DNA from: Lama glama
Taxonomy: Eukaryota
Length of the DNA stretch: 64,000 nucleotides
Assembly: GCA_028534125.1 (NCBI GenBank)
Contig: CM052816.1
Location: 35,218,001 to 35,282,000, forward strand
Reading direction: 5' to 3'
This document shows, in pieces, positions 26,260 through 39,099 of the stretch; the first letter of the stretch is position 1; each line of letters opens with the position of its first letter. The notes beneath the pieces are model-generated. The model did not search any database, was not told the DNA's origin, and saw only the letters and a program-made list of their open reading frames with translations. Made by a program: the position numbers and the translations under genes.

Positions 26260-27146
26260 ATAAAAACTCTCACCAAAGTGGGTATAGAGGGAACATATCT
26301 CAACATAATAAAAGCTATATATGACAAACCTACAGCCAGCATAGTACTCAATGGTGAAAAACTCAAAAGCTTCCCATTAAAATCTGGGACAAGACAAGGA
26401 TGCCCACTATCACCACTCCTATTCAACATAGTTCTGGAAGTCCTAGCCACAGCAATCAGGCAAGAGAGAGAAATAAAAGGGATCCAAATTGGAAAAGAAG
26501 AGGTAAAAGTGTCACTATGTGCAGATGGCATGATACTATATATAGAAAACCCTAAAGGTCCACACAAAAACTACTAGAAATAATCGAAGAATTCAGCAAG
26601 GTAGCAGGTTACAAGATTAACGTTCAAAAATCAGTTGTACTTCTTTACACTAATGATGAATCAACAGAAAAAGAAAATAAAGAAACAATCCCCTTTAAAA
26701 TAGCACCCAAAGTAATAAACTACCTAGGAGTAAATCTAACCAAGAAGGTGAAAGACTTATACACAGAAAACTATAAAACAATGATTAAGGAAATTAAAAA
26801 AGACTTTAAAAAATGGAAAGATATCCCATGCTCCTGGATTGGAAGAATCAATATTGTTAAAATGGTCACACTGCCCAAAGCAATCTACAGATTTAATGCA
26901 ATCCCTATCAAATTACCCAGGACATATTTCACAGAATTAGAACAAATCATAATAAAATTTATATGGAACCACAAAAGACCTAGAATTGCCAAAGCATTAC
27001 TGAAGAAAAAGAAAGAGGCTGGAGGAATAACTCTCCCAGACTTCAGACAATACTATAGAACTACAGTAATCAAGACAGCATGGTATTTGTACAAAAACAG
27101 ACATATGGACCAATGGAACAGAATAGAGAGCCCAGAAATGAACCCC
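26260..27146 (+). mobile_element. Inverted L1 ORF2 (reverse transcriptase) segment of the same insertion; pseudogenised
   Basis: ORFs 26194..26577 ([26 protein letters not shown]...[21 protein letters not shown]) and 26748..27149 ([18 protein letters not shown]...[10 protein letters not shown]). The RT motif F/YADD reads CADG, followed by a frameshift. Confidence 0.93.
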
Positions 27147-27698
27147 TAAAAATGTACTATTAATAGCCTTTAATATTTGAAAAGAACCGAAAAACACATT
27201 GATTTCACCAAACTCTTAAAATTTTATGCAACAGTAACAACAAAGTGAAAAAGGAATTAATGTAATAGCCTAAAAGAGATTTCTGCTTAAAGAGAAAGGA
27301 ATTCAATTAAAAGTCAAATTTTCCTAACTAAATGCTTCTGACGTCTGTGAGTCTCTTCTTATCTCCAGCTCTCATTTCCAAAATGGTTTTTCTAATAAGT
27401 TTAGAGAGTAAAGTGGGATCAAAAATTTATATAAATTTTGAAAAAAATAAAGCATTATTCTAAATAAAATATTAGCAATAATTGGGCAAAGGAGTATAAC
27501 ATCACACAGAATTCAAATTTTCAGAATTACCAAAATTACTGATGATAATGAGTTAAGTATTTCACTCCGACCAGTTCATTTTTAATTTACTTTTTCATCA
27601 CTTCCAAGAAAATAAAAATTGGAATTTTAAATGTGATAAAGTTCAACTATAAATAATAACAGTAACATTTAAACTGTTCAGATTTTCTAAATACTTAC

Positions 27699-27818
27699 AT
27701 TACTTGCAAACTTTCTGCTGTTAAATTATTCCACATGATCTCATTTGCTTGAAGGTTTTCATTTTCTTCTAGTAAGGAAGTATCAAATTCAATTTCTTGC
27801 TCCGTAGCAGCTGTTGTT
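27699..27818 (-). CDS. FER: FER coding exon (120 nt, phase 2-2): (R)[39 protein letters not shown](M)
   Basis: Not in the ORF track; translated by hand. Acceptor tttattAG|A, donor AAT|GTaagt. Confidence 0.95.
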
Positions 27819-28430
27819 CTAATAAAGCATGCCAAATAATTCTGATCAATATGAATACATTATCATAATATATTTAGTACACACCAAAGGCAGAATATTT
27901 GTTCTTATTTAAAATTAAGTTAACAAAGTAAACACAAATAGAATAAATCAAGCTAAACCATAGGCCTCAAAGATTTAGTCAAGTAATTTCAGCCTTAGTT
28001 TCCTCATTTGGAGAAAATAGATATTAACCTTTTATTCTTTTCACACTGGTAATGAGTATAAAGTACGGTGACGCATGCATAGAAAAGTAATTGATGCATT
28101 ATCATTATAAAGTTTAATACAATATAAAGCCATACATCTACAATCACTATGTAAAAGTTAAAAGGAAAAAATAGTTTCATAGATTAAATACGGATTTAAG
28201 TGATAATATAGTAACAACTGAGAAATTTTTAAAGATGATTATATAAATTTACTAGTTATCATTGAGAAAGGACTTTGGAAATAATCGAAGGCAAACAAAT
28301 TAATCTGAAATAGCTTATGTCCTAAACAAGCTCTTCAATATTTCTTATCGTAATTCAGTTAAATATTATGTGGTAGAAAAAAATAATTCTGTTATAAATA
28401 CTGAAAGAAGAAGGAAAATATCATGCATAC

Positions 28431-28568
28431 CTGTGGACTTCTATGAAATTATTGTATTCTGTGCTAGGGTCTATCTGTTCAACCGACATTTGAATCTCTT
28501 TATGGACATTCACTATTTCCTCTGTAACGAGACTGGTTATCTGGCTGTATTCATCAAATATACCTTTT
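28431..28568 (-). CDS. FER: FER coding exon (138 nt, phase 2-2): (L)[45 protein letters not shown](R)
   Basis: Not in the ORF track; translated by hand from the reverse complement. Acceptor ttttcAG|A, donor CAG|GTatgc. Confidence 0.95.
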
Positions 28569-30672
28569 CTGAAAACAAAAATAAAATTTCACTACATTTT
28601 AAAGTTTTATCAGGGAAACAGAGGCTCAAAAAGGATTTAGAACAATAAACATAAGAAATGTAATGCCAATTTTTACAGATGGTGATTTCATGCACCACCT
28701 TATTTCACAGACATGGAGAGCGAAGTGAAATGATTTTACAAATGTACGGATTAGCATACATCTGATATAATAATTGTAAATGATTTAGAATAAGGCATTA
28801 CCTTTTCCAACATCCATCTAATGTGTCCAAAATGTAAGCCAGTATTAATCACTTTCTGTGTCTAAACATTACCACAGAAGTGGACTGTGGATCAAAGCCT
28901 GTCTCTAATATTTCTTTCAGCTTCTGCCACTTCCTCACATGCCCTGCCTCCTGGTTCTTCTCTTGCTCCTAAGCCTCTGCTCTTTTTCATATACTTAGTC
29001 AATTTAACCAGTTCATACCTTCAGTGACATTGCAATCTCTTCTCTTGACCTCCAGTTAGTAGCAAAAATGTTCATAAAAGTTATTAGCCTTATCTAATAA
29101 ATGAAAAAGGAAAAACTATTCTATTGCAAAGATCCAATTCCCAACTTAAGAATGCTATATTGTAAAAATATACCATTGCTCATTAGCAGCCTTAACAAGT
29201 TTAGACAGACAAGCTGATCCTGCGTAACACAAGTAAATATAAGGCATTTTTTGTTTTTCTAAAATCATTACTAATAAAAGTAATCCCTACAAAATCTCTC
29301 TTATTATGAAGTATTCTCTCAATTCCTTTACTTTGAGTAGCAAAATACTGTTTGGGTAAAAAAATTAAATTTAAACGGCTTTAGGCAATGCTAGTTTGGA
29401 ATGGTTATAGAAATCACATGACAGATCATTTAAAGAAAAGAGGGAGGCAAAAGAATTTAATACAGATGTAGTAAATATCTTTGGGGTTATGATCTCACAG
29501 TTGAACACAGTGAATGATATTAGTATAAGTGAACTTATCTAGAAAATTCTTACAAATTAATACAGTAAGTGGTTATGATGTGGAGATCATTAACACTCAT
29601 CTTTAAGACAAATGGGGGGAGGGAAAGAAAGAAATCTAATGTTAGATGAATGAGTATCTGTGACATAGGATTCAATTTCAGTGATATTGTGCATGGACTT
29701 TTTAAATGCTAGATTTAAAATTATTTATTTAAAAGTAAAGATAACACACCGTGTGAAACTACCATACGTCTCAAAAGGATGTTCTTGTGACGATGATACT
29801 ATTACTGAAGACGCATAGACAGTTTTAAAAAATATTGATTCATAAAATGATTGTAGGAAAGAAAATATTTATAAATCAACAGTAAGTAATTTAAAGTAGA
29901 TATAACTAGACTTATGGGTTAAATATTTTAAGTAGACATTTCACTATTTTATCAATACCCTTAAAAGTTTACATATTCAAATTGACTAAAAACATTTTAT
30001 ATTTTTACTGGGAAAATGAGGGATCACCTAAACTAGCTAATAAAGGAGATAAAGTCTACCAAAGTGTGGCTTATCTTTTTCTGTTGTATTGAACCAATGT
30101 ATGTGGTAAACATGTATGCATTTGAATTACTGAGCAAAGATTGCTGTTAGCTCCTTGAAGGCAAAAACTGTGCCTACTCATCCCAATATCCCCAAGCAGC
30201 AGTGTGCTTAGCATACAGTAGAACTTCAAGAAATATTTGCTGATTTTAATCTTATACAACATGAAGCTGGTAAATAAACAGAAGAAGTATTTTCTTTGGG
30301 CTTATCAGTTGCTCAAGATTTAAACACCCAAGCCTCTGGAGGCAGATATCCACTTCTTAACACTTGTCAACTAATGATTTTTTTCACTAATTTAATTTCC
30401 AGCTAACTGGAGCAAAACAAAACATACAAAAACAAAAGCCATTCTTGGGGCTAGATAGATGGTTTGGGAGGAGTATAAAGCAAAGGGACACCAGAAGTGA
30501 AAATCAAGAAGACTCAGGGTAAAACAGATTTGAAATACCTTCTGAACTAGTTCAACAATGCAGCTTACAAAACTTTAAAGAAAACTTTTATACAAAAGTT
30601 TAACCAGATAAGAAAAAAATGTTAAAATCATTTTACGAAGGGATTTCACATCAAATAGGAAATGTATCTTAC

Positions 30673-30856
30673 AGTGCTTTTATCATTTCTTCTTGCATCT
30701 TTTGTAAGGAATCCAGAAGCAGAGGAAGTGTAGTGTCGTAATACTGATTCTGATGAAGCTGTGCCCCTTTCAATGCCAATACATACTGGTTATGCAACAT
30801 GTGAAGTTTCATTGTGGCTCTGTCATAACGTTCCTTGGCCTTTTCAGTTTCTTTCC
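30673..30856 (-). CDS. FER: FER coding exon (184 nt, phase 1-2): (G)[60 protein letters not shown](L)
   Basis: Lies in ORF 30669..30869. Acceptor ttcttcAG|GG, donor CACT|GTaaga. The frame continues from the previous exon. Confidence 0.96.
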
Positions 30857-33800
30857 CTGAAGAAAACATTGGACAAAGTCAGCAAGGAGATAATAAAACA
30901 AGTTCTATTTTCTTCACTGAGTTACCATTATTTTATGTTATTTCACATACTTTACAGATAATAAAAAGTTTCTTGAACATATACTATGTACTCAGCTCTA
31001 AGGCAAGGTACCCTTTGTTTGCCGGTACTATGTACAAAAAATGCTCTGAAGGAATTATGCTTTGCAGTAAAGGTTTGATGAATAAAGGTTAATATACAAT
31101 TTTTTGAAAAATTGTACAGGCATAATACGATCCTTCTCATATTCAAAGAGCTCACACCAAATTGGAACAACAGTATACGTGAAATTGTATAACAAAGAAA
31201 ACAAGAAAGCTTGTAAATAATGTTAAATTTTGAGGTCTGTGTTTGAAACACCAATAAAGACCAGGGAAATCAGAGGAGACTTTGTAGAGAAAACAGACCT
31301 TAAAAGATGAGGCAAGTCTGGAAAGGTATAAGAAAGACAGGATAGACAATAGTTCCTCCCTCTCATCCTCTCTTTCTCCATTTCTTCCTTCCTTTCATTC
31401 AATAAATATCATTAACTCTTCACCACCAGGAACTGTGCTAGGCATTAGGAATTCAGTATTTGGCAAAACAGAGTCTTGGACATAGAGTCTATGGGCTGGT
31501 GATCTGGAATATTGAGTGAAAACATGGAGAGAAGAGCAATGTTACATAGGCAAGCAAAGAAATAAGCTCAAAGACAGCAAGTTTGGAGGAAATGAAGGAA
31601 ATATATCTAGAGAAGTAGGGCAATTTTAGGTTATGAATGATGTGGAAATCAAGCAGAGAAATTTAGACTTGATGCAAGGAGTCTAAGAGATAATAATATT
31701 AGGAACTAAAACTTTTCATAGTTCCTCTACTAAAATCATTCAGAAAATATTTACAGATTGGCAATATAAATGAATGACTACATAAATAAATGAAATTTTT
31801 AAGCAGTTTTTTTTTGCTGTAAACTGAATATGCCTCTTTAATTATTTAGATTGAGGAAATAACCTTTTCAAAATATTTATTAATTTTTGCCCACTATCCA
31901 AGGAGAGTCCCCCAAATGAATCTTCTCCCCAAAATGTATCTTTTGTTGAGAACTTTTAACACCAGAGGTTCTCCTCTGCTGCTACTCTGTTGAGGCTCAG
32001 CGACCATCTCAGTATTCCCTATAGACAGGAGTCAGAAAAGTGTTTCCTACAGGAGAATGTCCCAGCCCAGGGCCAAAAGCAGAGAAAAAGCCAGGGTTTT
32101 TGTGGAGAGAGGAGACCTCAGACCATGCTCAGACAGAGCAATAGAATTAGAACACTTTTCTTGCCTTTCTCATCAATCCAATTCTGAGCCACAGGAACCC
32201 CATCTAGCTGGTGAAAAGGAAACAAACTTTTCCAGCAGACTGGTATGTCTCTACTACCAACAAATTCAAGTGTTTCCAGGTACTTGAACCACCACTGACT
32301 TCTCTAAGGGAGCTGCAAATAATATTTTACAGAGCATAATTCTCTAGCAAAAGTAGATCAGCTGCTGGTTCCTGCACATGGGGATTTAATAATTGCCTAC
32401 GTTATTCTCAAAATCTTGCCTTGGATAACCTGTTTCACTTTATAACATAAAGAACTTCTTGATGAGAAAATAATCACCAGAGTATCTTTCCTAATCCCTT
32501 TCACAGCTGACTGGAAAGCGGTTCTAATACCAGAGTGGGAAGATAAGAGCAAATATATTAATTCAGTTCCAATCTGAAGGGATCAGAAAAAGATAACGTT
32601 GGCCATTAAAGAAGTGGGCTTTCTCACTTTTTGACTACAACCCACAGGATAATATATTTTATGCCATGAACCAGTAAACAATCATATACATTTTAATACA
32701 TATATAACTGAAGTGAAAAACTTACTAAATATTTCTTCCTCTTATAATGAAGGAAGCTGTGTGATTTTTCAAAAATTCTATCATTGGAATTTAGAATTTT
32801 TTTAAATGTTCATGCAGAAACCAATAAATGTTTTGCCTCAGTTAACATAAATCCCTAGAGTAGCTGTAACTCTGTATGACATGAGGGATAATTTTTTTTA
32901 ACTTAGCAATTAATAAACCACTTCGGTAATACTAACCACAAATGACTTTCAACATTCTCAGGAACACATCCTCCTACATGTTCAGTTACTTTAACAGTTT
33001 TTTCATAAAATACTGTATTTATTTACCCATAAACATTGCTACTTAGCATCCTTCTTGCAAAAATACATTTCAAAAAAGTCCCCAAGATCCAGTACAATTG
33101 ATACACCTATGGCCAGCCCTGCAGCCTACCTCTAAAATGACAACCCCCCTCTATCCCTACTCATACACATAGGGGGAGACTCCCATCTGAAGCCGACACC
33201 CAAGATCCAAATTGCCTACCCAAGCAAATAGGAACCATTCTTTTGGCTGAGAGCTAAGTCACATTAATGCCTGAACACCAGCTGCAGTGAAAGTTCCTGA
33301 ACATTTGCCAGAGAAGTCCCTTCCAAGGCCCTTTTCTTTGGGTTGGTGTTTTTCGGCTTTTTTGTTTGTTTGCTAGTTTAAGTCGCTGTTACTGGAAATT
33401 CAACAAATTCTGACAATACACAGCTCAAAAGTTCATGTACAAGTATGCAGATAAATTAATTCCAAGTAATAAAGAAGTTTTCTAGAGTCCACACGTTCAT
33501 AATAAGAAAATAAAGCAACAATATTTGAGTTCTGTGTTCTAATTTGTTGATGTTTATAAGTTTTAAAATAATAGGTAGTAATGAATTTCCTATTTTATAT
33601 CACTTTTTTAAAAAAAATTCCTTTTTATATGAACTCTATAATTCCCAATTAATTACTCAGATTTTTTAGTATAACTTCAGGAGTCAAGCTCTCCATACAA
33701 ACATTTTCATGGAGACATTTAAACCACCCATCTGTCCTCCTATTTGCACAGATTTTTAAATTGCACATTATCCATCTGTCTTTCTAACTGGTGTAGAAAT

Positions 33801-36589
33801 GATTCACTAAATACACAACACTCACATGAGTAAGATTTTATAATCCAAAATAACATTAGAAAAGTTAAGAATTTCCCAAATACTTCTTTCTGGTTATCAG
33901 ATACAGTGAATGATAAACAATGTGAAGAAGGCTTTCATAGCCAAAATCTAATTACCAATAGCTTATCAGTTGTCATTAACACAACTTAGAAAAAAATTTG
34001 ATGCTTTTGAAAACATCCAAGGCAGACTCGATTACATTAAAATTATAATAATACATAACACTAATAAATTCTTTAAAAACAGCTTTGGGTTTAAAATTGA
34101 CTTTGGGGGTATGTCTAAGTAGGGCTTTTGGGTTTATTTGTTTGCTGTACTCAACAGTTCACATACACTTGTGCATCTGGTTACAAGGCATACTTGTGCA
34201 TGCACACCACACTCCCACCCTTGTAGATATGAGCAAAAAGTTTCAAAAACATGCTCACTTGCCATGATTTGAAATGGGATGCTACTATACTTTTTCTTGA
34301 TTTGCTTTAAAAGAAATATTTAGTGTTCCAAAGAGATCATATAAGTAAATTCAAGAAATAGTAATACTGTGTGAAAACCAAAATTACAAAAAGATTTTTT
34401 TAATTCCATTCACTTAACAAAATATATTGCAAAAAACTACCCAACATGATTCCTGCCACATAGCTTTTGGGTTCAGAATATCTCAGATCACTATTACCCT
34501 TTCCTAACTTTTAAATAACCACATTTGAGCTTAAAATTAAAAGTACATAGAGTGAATAAATCTAATGACAGACACAGAATCATACCTCCATTGCTATATA
34601 TATATATATATTTTTTAATGATGAGAAGCACTGAAGCAGGACACAGAGTTGTTCTACATGTCAATTAACAGGGAGAAAAACATCTAATTTTTCCTCCTCC
34701 ACATAATGAAATTCACAAAGAGATAGAATTATAATTCTTTTGCCATGACTTGTTGACAAATCTGTTTAATGTTTGTAATAACAGAATGTATATACGACAT
34801 GTCATGCCATAAACAAGATTATGAAGCAAGTAAAACACAATTATGTAAGTTTGACATTTACAAGTGACAGGCTAGACTAGTCATTAAGCTAGTCTAGAAA
34901 GTCAAGTATCTTTTTATTATAAACTTCTGAATCATTTACCATTTGTTAAATATTATTGTGGAAAGTCTCCGGATAACAAATGAGAAGTGATTATTTTCCA
35001 AAAGTAAAGTGCTTGCAAGTAGTCTCTGCTTTGATTTGGATAAATAAACATTCTACCATCTTATATTTTTCCTTTCTTTCAAAACATTCCTCCTCCACTA
35101 TACAATGTTTCCTTACGACTCTGAGTAAAAAGAAAATGAACAAGAATTCATCTTTACTTATGAGTTACTTGGGCCAAATGTCCACATATTTTTTTTTCAC
35201 ATGGAAGTTAAAGGTCAAGTATGATATGTGGGAACAATGAATGAGCTACCTTTTTTATTCAGTGATGTTCTGACAATAACAAAATTAAGAAGTCAGTTTT
35301 CATCTCAGCTTCTCCTTTGATTAGCTATGCAACCCAAGCAAGTCTGTTAACCTAAATCTTAGCTTCTCATTTTTAATCCTGGGAGTTATATTGTCTGCCC
35401 TTCTCAATTCATTGGGTTGTGATGGCAATCAAATGGCAGAAAATTGTCAAAACGCACAGTCAATAACAAAGGCTAAAGAAGACACAGAATTTGGAGAGCT
35501 GAAAAAGATCTTTTTGATTACATGTTCCCATAAAGCATTAAAAAGAAATAAGATGTAAATCCATACTATGCTAGTTTTAATGAATTTCCTAGTTTAAGAA
35601 ACTATGATGTATCAGTCAAGAAATGTTTACTGAACATGCATTGTGGGTTTTAAATGGTTCAAAGAACTAAAATAGTGGTATTTTAAAATTCAATAAAAAA
35701 TACCTTAAAAGAGCAAGCTCTCTAGCTCTGTGCAATACCACCTTCTTGCATATAATGATTGCTAGAGTTAATTGACCCATAGTCTTTTAATACCCTATAA
35801 ATTGAAAGATACACCCTGGTTAAGTCTATATTCTATAATAACAAAGCTGTGAATGGGGGGATTTGGGTAGCTGGGATAGGGGTTGCAGCATCGTTAGGAA
35901 TCTCCCATTTATCATCTAAAAATATAGTAAGGAACAAAAAGAAAGAATAAATAAAACCTGCACCCTCAGTATAACAGGCAGAAAATGTCCAAATTTAAAA
36001 TTTTCTACAAGTAGAAAAATAAACATCAAGTCTTTGCAAATGATCTCTCACCCTCCCACTGCGAGCCTTCATGGACACCAAAAGCTATTCTTGGTGGGGG
36101 ACGGGGTGGGGAGGAAAAGGAAAAGAAAAATACACTAAAGAGAGAAGAGAAGAATAAGCAGTATGCCTAAGACTCATCCAAAACCACCATCAGCAAGAAA
36201 GCCCACTCTACATGTGAAAATACTGAAAAAGTGTAATGGTAGATCACATAACTAACTTCAAGAAAGGGACTTAAAAGTGCATATCAAAGACAAGAGAGGC
36301 AGTCTTAGAAAGGTAACACTTTAGAGGGAGAAATGGCTAAAATGAAAGCAGAAAGAAAAATCCTGAAGGGAAAAAAAAGTAAAAATAAAAATAGATTAAA
36401 AGGTCACTTAAATCTTTCTCAGAAACATGAAAGGTGTAAGATTCTACTCTACTTGACAAGCTAAAAAGTTAGGCTGCCTCAATTTAATGGGTGTGGGCAG
36501 AAGATACAAGACTTCTGGGACAGAGAGACAAAGGACAATTTACTTCTCACAGCAATATCAGTAGCTAGAGTATTGTCACTTGTGGAAAG

Positions 36590-37852
36590 AAAACAAAATG
36601 CCATAAACAAAGTCAAATGACAATTGACAAACTCATAGAAAATGTATGCACCATGCATAATAAAGGACTATTCACCATATGTTTTAAATTCTTAAAATTT
36701 TAAAAGAAAAAAATCAAACATCAATTTTTTAAAATGGGCAAAAGAGAATTCACTAAAAATAAATACTTTAAAATAGCCTTTAAACATATAAAAAGGTGGT
36801 CAACCTCACTCCCTAACTCATAATAAAATACAAATTAAAATTACCGACCAAATTGGCAAACACTGTTTAGGCAAAGATGTGGAGAAACTGATACTCTTAC
36901 ACGTATCTGGTGGGAATGTCAATGGGTATGATTTTTATAGAAGGAAATTTGGTAGTATCTAACAAAACTACACGTACATTTACATTTTAACCCTGCATTC
37001 ATACTTCTAGAAATTTATTCCTTCAACAGTTAAAATAAACAAAAAACAAAAAAACAAAAAAAATTCACTCAAGGTTATTCATGGTAGTAGTATTAATAAT
37101 TGGGGGGAAAAAACTAGAAATAAACTGTATGCCCATATGTAGAAAAGTGCTTGAATAACTTATGATGAAGTGCTATGCAGCAGTTAAAAATAATAACAAA
37201 GATATCTACAAACTGAAATATTGTGATTTTTCAGGATACAATGTCAGAAAATCAAAATGAGAAAGTATGTCATAATATTGTAGTTTTTGTGTAAGAAAGA
37301 AAGAAATGATTAAAGAAGATATAGTTTCCTAAGTATATAGTTTTGTACAGTTCTTACTTTTGAAATTATCAGTGTTTAACCATTAACAAAATAAATAAGC
37401 AAACAAAATCAACAAGGGTATGAGAGGTCATACAACTTAAAATGGGATACAATATGAACAACTGAACCAACCTGCATTTCCTAGTGAGTAATGTAATTAC
37501 ACTGAAAGGTATGAGGAAGAAAAGAATTAATCTAACTTTGGAAACAATATTTGACTATAGTGGAAGACTAAAGACAAAAAGAGCTCTAAACAAATTCCAA
37601 ACTGTAGTTAGTAGGCTTCCTTTTTCAGAGGCATTAATTAACAATTCTTCTGTTATTTTACAATTGAGCAAATTAAGTAGATTGTGAGTAACAGAAGCCA
37701 GGTTTCTCACTGTCAGAGAAGGAAGTTAAAAATACGTGAACAGGACAAGATAGAATGAACTGTTTGGTGTTCAAATGGAATTGGAAGTATCAATGGGAAC
37801 ACTTCAGTTTTAATATGGATAGAGCAATAGATATAGAAACAGGCATGGTATA

Positions 37853-37887
<35 letters not shown>

Positions 37888-38290
37888 CTGTGTACACTTG
37901 CTTGTTTCCTACATCTGTCTGTTGAAAGGACCTAGAACAAAGACATCCCAGTAGCAACGAGCAAACCCAGTGCCCAAATACTGGTTCCTAAGTACTATTT
38001 TCTGCTAAATGGATCTATGGCTCCTTAGAGAAATGGAGCGAGACCTCGAGCAGGAAAAGTATAAGATGGGCCAAAAAATAAGTGCAAACTAATTACAGGA
38101 GCATGTGAACAGGACAGAAGAACCAGTTTCAGTTTCTCTCTCATGTACAGACAGAAAAGAAGATAAAGTAAATGTGGTAAAATATTAATATTTGGAGAAT
38201 ATGGGTGAAACATACAGGGATTCTTTGTATTATTCTTATAAATTTTCTGTTGTCTGATATAATACCAAAGTAAAAAGTTAAAAAATGGAA
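36590..38290 (+). mobile_element. Old L1 (L1MC/MD-like) ORF2-end and 3' UTR
   Basis: caaagtcaaatgacaattgacaaact...aaatgggcaaaaga...ggcaaagatgtggagaaactg...tattcttataaattttctgt...ccaaagtaaaaagtt. Confidence 0.7.
37858..37893. repeat. (TG)n microsatellite
   Basis: Seen directly. Confidence 0.95.
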
Positions 38291-39099
38291 AGTTGTGAAA
38301 ATTGATTAAAGTTCAAAAGTATTTGAATATTCATTAAATCTAAAATAAATCAGTTATTTAGATTAGGGATGAAAAGTGTCAATGATTTGTCCTCTGAATA
38401 TTGAAATACTGACTTCCCAGGACAGGGGAAAGAAAACAACTTGGTTTTAATATGTTATGTTTCAAAGTATGCTCATACTATAATATTAATAGATAAAGAC
38501 AGCCAGAATTTTTTTTAAAAACTATCATTCTACTTGACAAGACTAGTCAAATGTGTGGAAGAACAACATTTACAGAAAAAGGCATTTATCCTATAAATCT
38601 TTATCCAGATTCCATTATGTACTAAATTCTATAAGGGACATATAGTCATAATCTCTTCCTAAAAGATGCTTGACAAGAAAATCTAAATAGAGGCTCACAA
38701 AACAGTCATCATAACATTAGAATATAACTGTAGAAGAGGGAGGGTAGAAATCACCACTTATTTAGTATGCATAACCAACCACTCAGGGGCCTCAAATTCC
38801 TAATAACGGATTCCTAATATGGAAAGTTATCTAATAAATCAATGAGTTATCTTTAACGAAGTGGTTTAAAAGTTTCAGGTTATGCAGAAACTATATCTGG
38901 AATGAACATCACACTGGTTGCCTCCAGAGGAAAAAAAAATACTGTGTAATAGGTAGGAGAAAATGTTTTCACTCTCTACTTACTGATCTGTATCTTGTGG
39001 TTGTGAATGTAGAATCATGTAAGTATGAAGAAGTATAACCCATGAAACCCTATGCCAGGGGGTGGGGGGAATCTTAAGAGAACTTCCACAAACTCTTAC

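Noticed and set aside
26194..27149. Functional reverse transcriptase gene
   Set aside because: It is a fragment of an inverted L1 with the catalytic motif altered (CADG), a frameshift, and no ORF1 or endonuclease.
28370..31092. Plus-strand ORFs overlapping FER exons (28370..28648, 30761..30961, 30835..31092; also 7066..7293)
   Set aside because: These are shadow ORFs antisense to real exons, with no independent gene structure.
31900..33340. Moderately GC-richer islands (31900-32400, 33100-33340; also 10020-10620, 47040-47460, 58150-58530) as hidden exons or ncRNAs
   Set aside because: No supported ORF, splice frame or structure. They may be old LTR relics or conserved non-coding DNA, which needs RepeatMasker and conservation data to decide.
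34873..34898. Inverted repeat CTAGACTAG-N8-CTAGTCTAG as a hairpin or miRNA
   Set aside because: A 9-bp stem is too short and is expected by chance in 64 kb.
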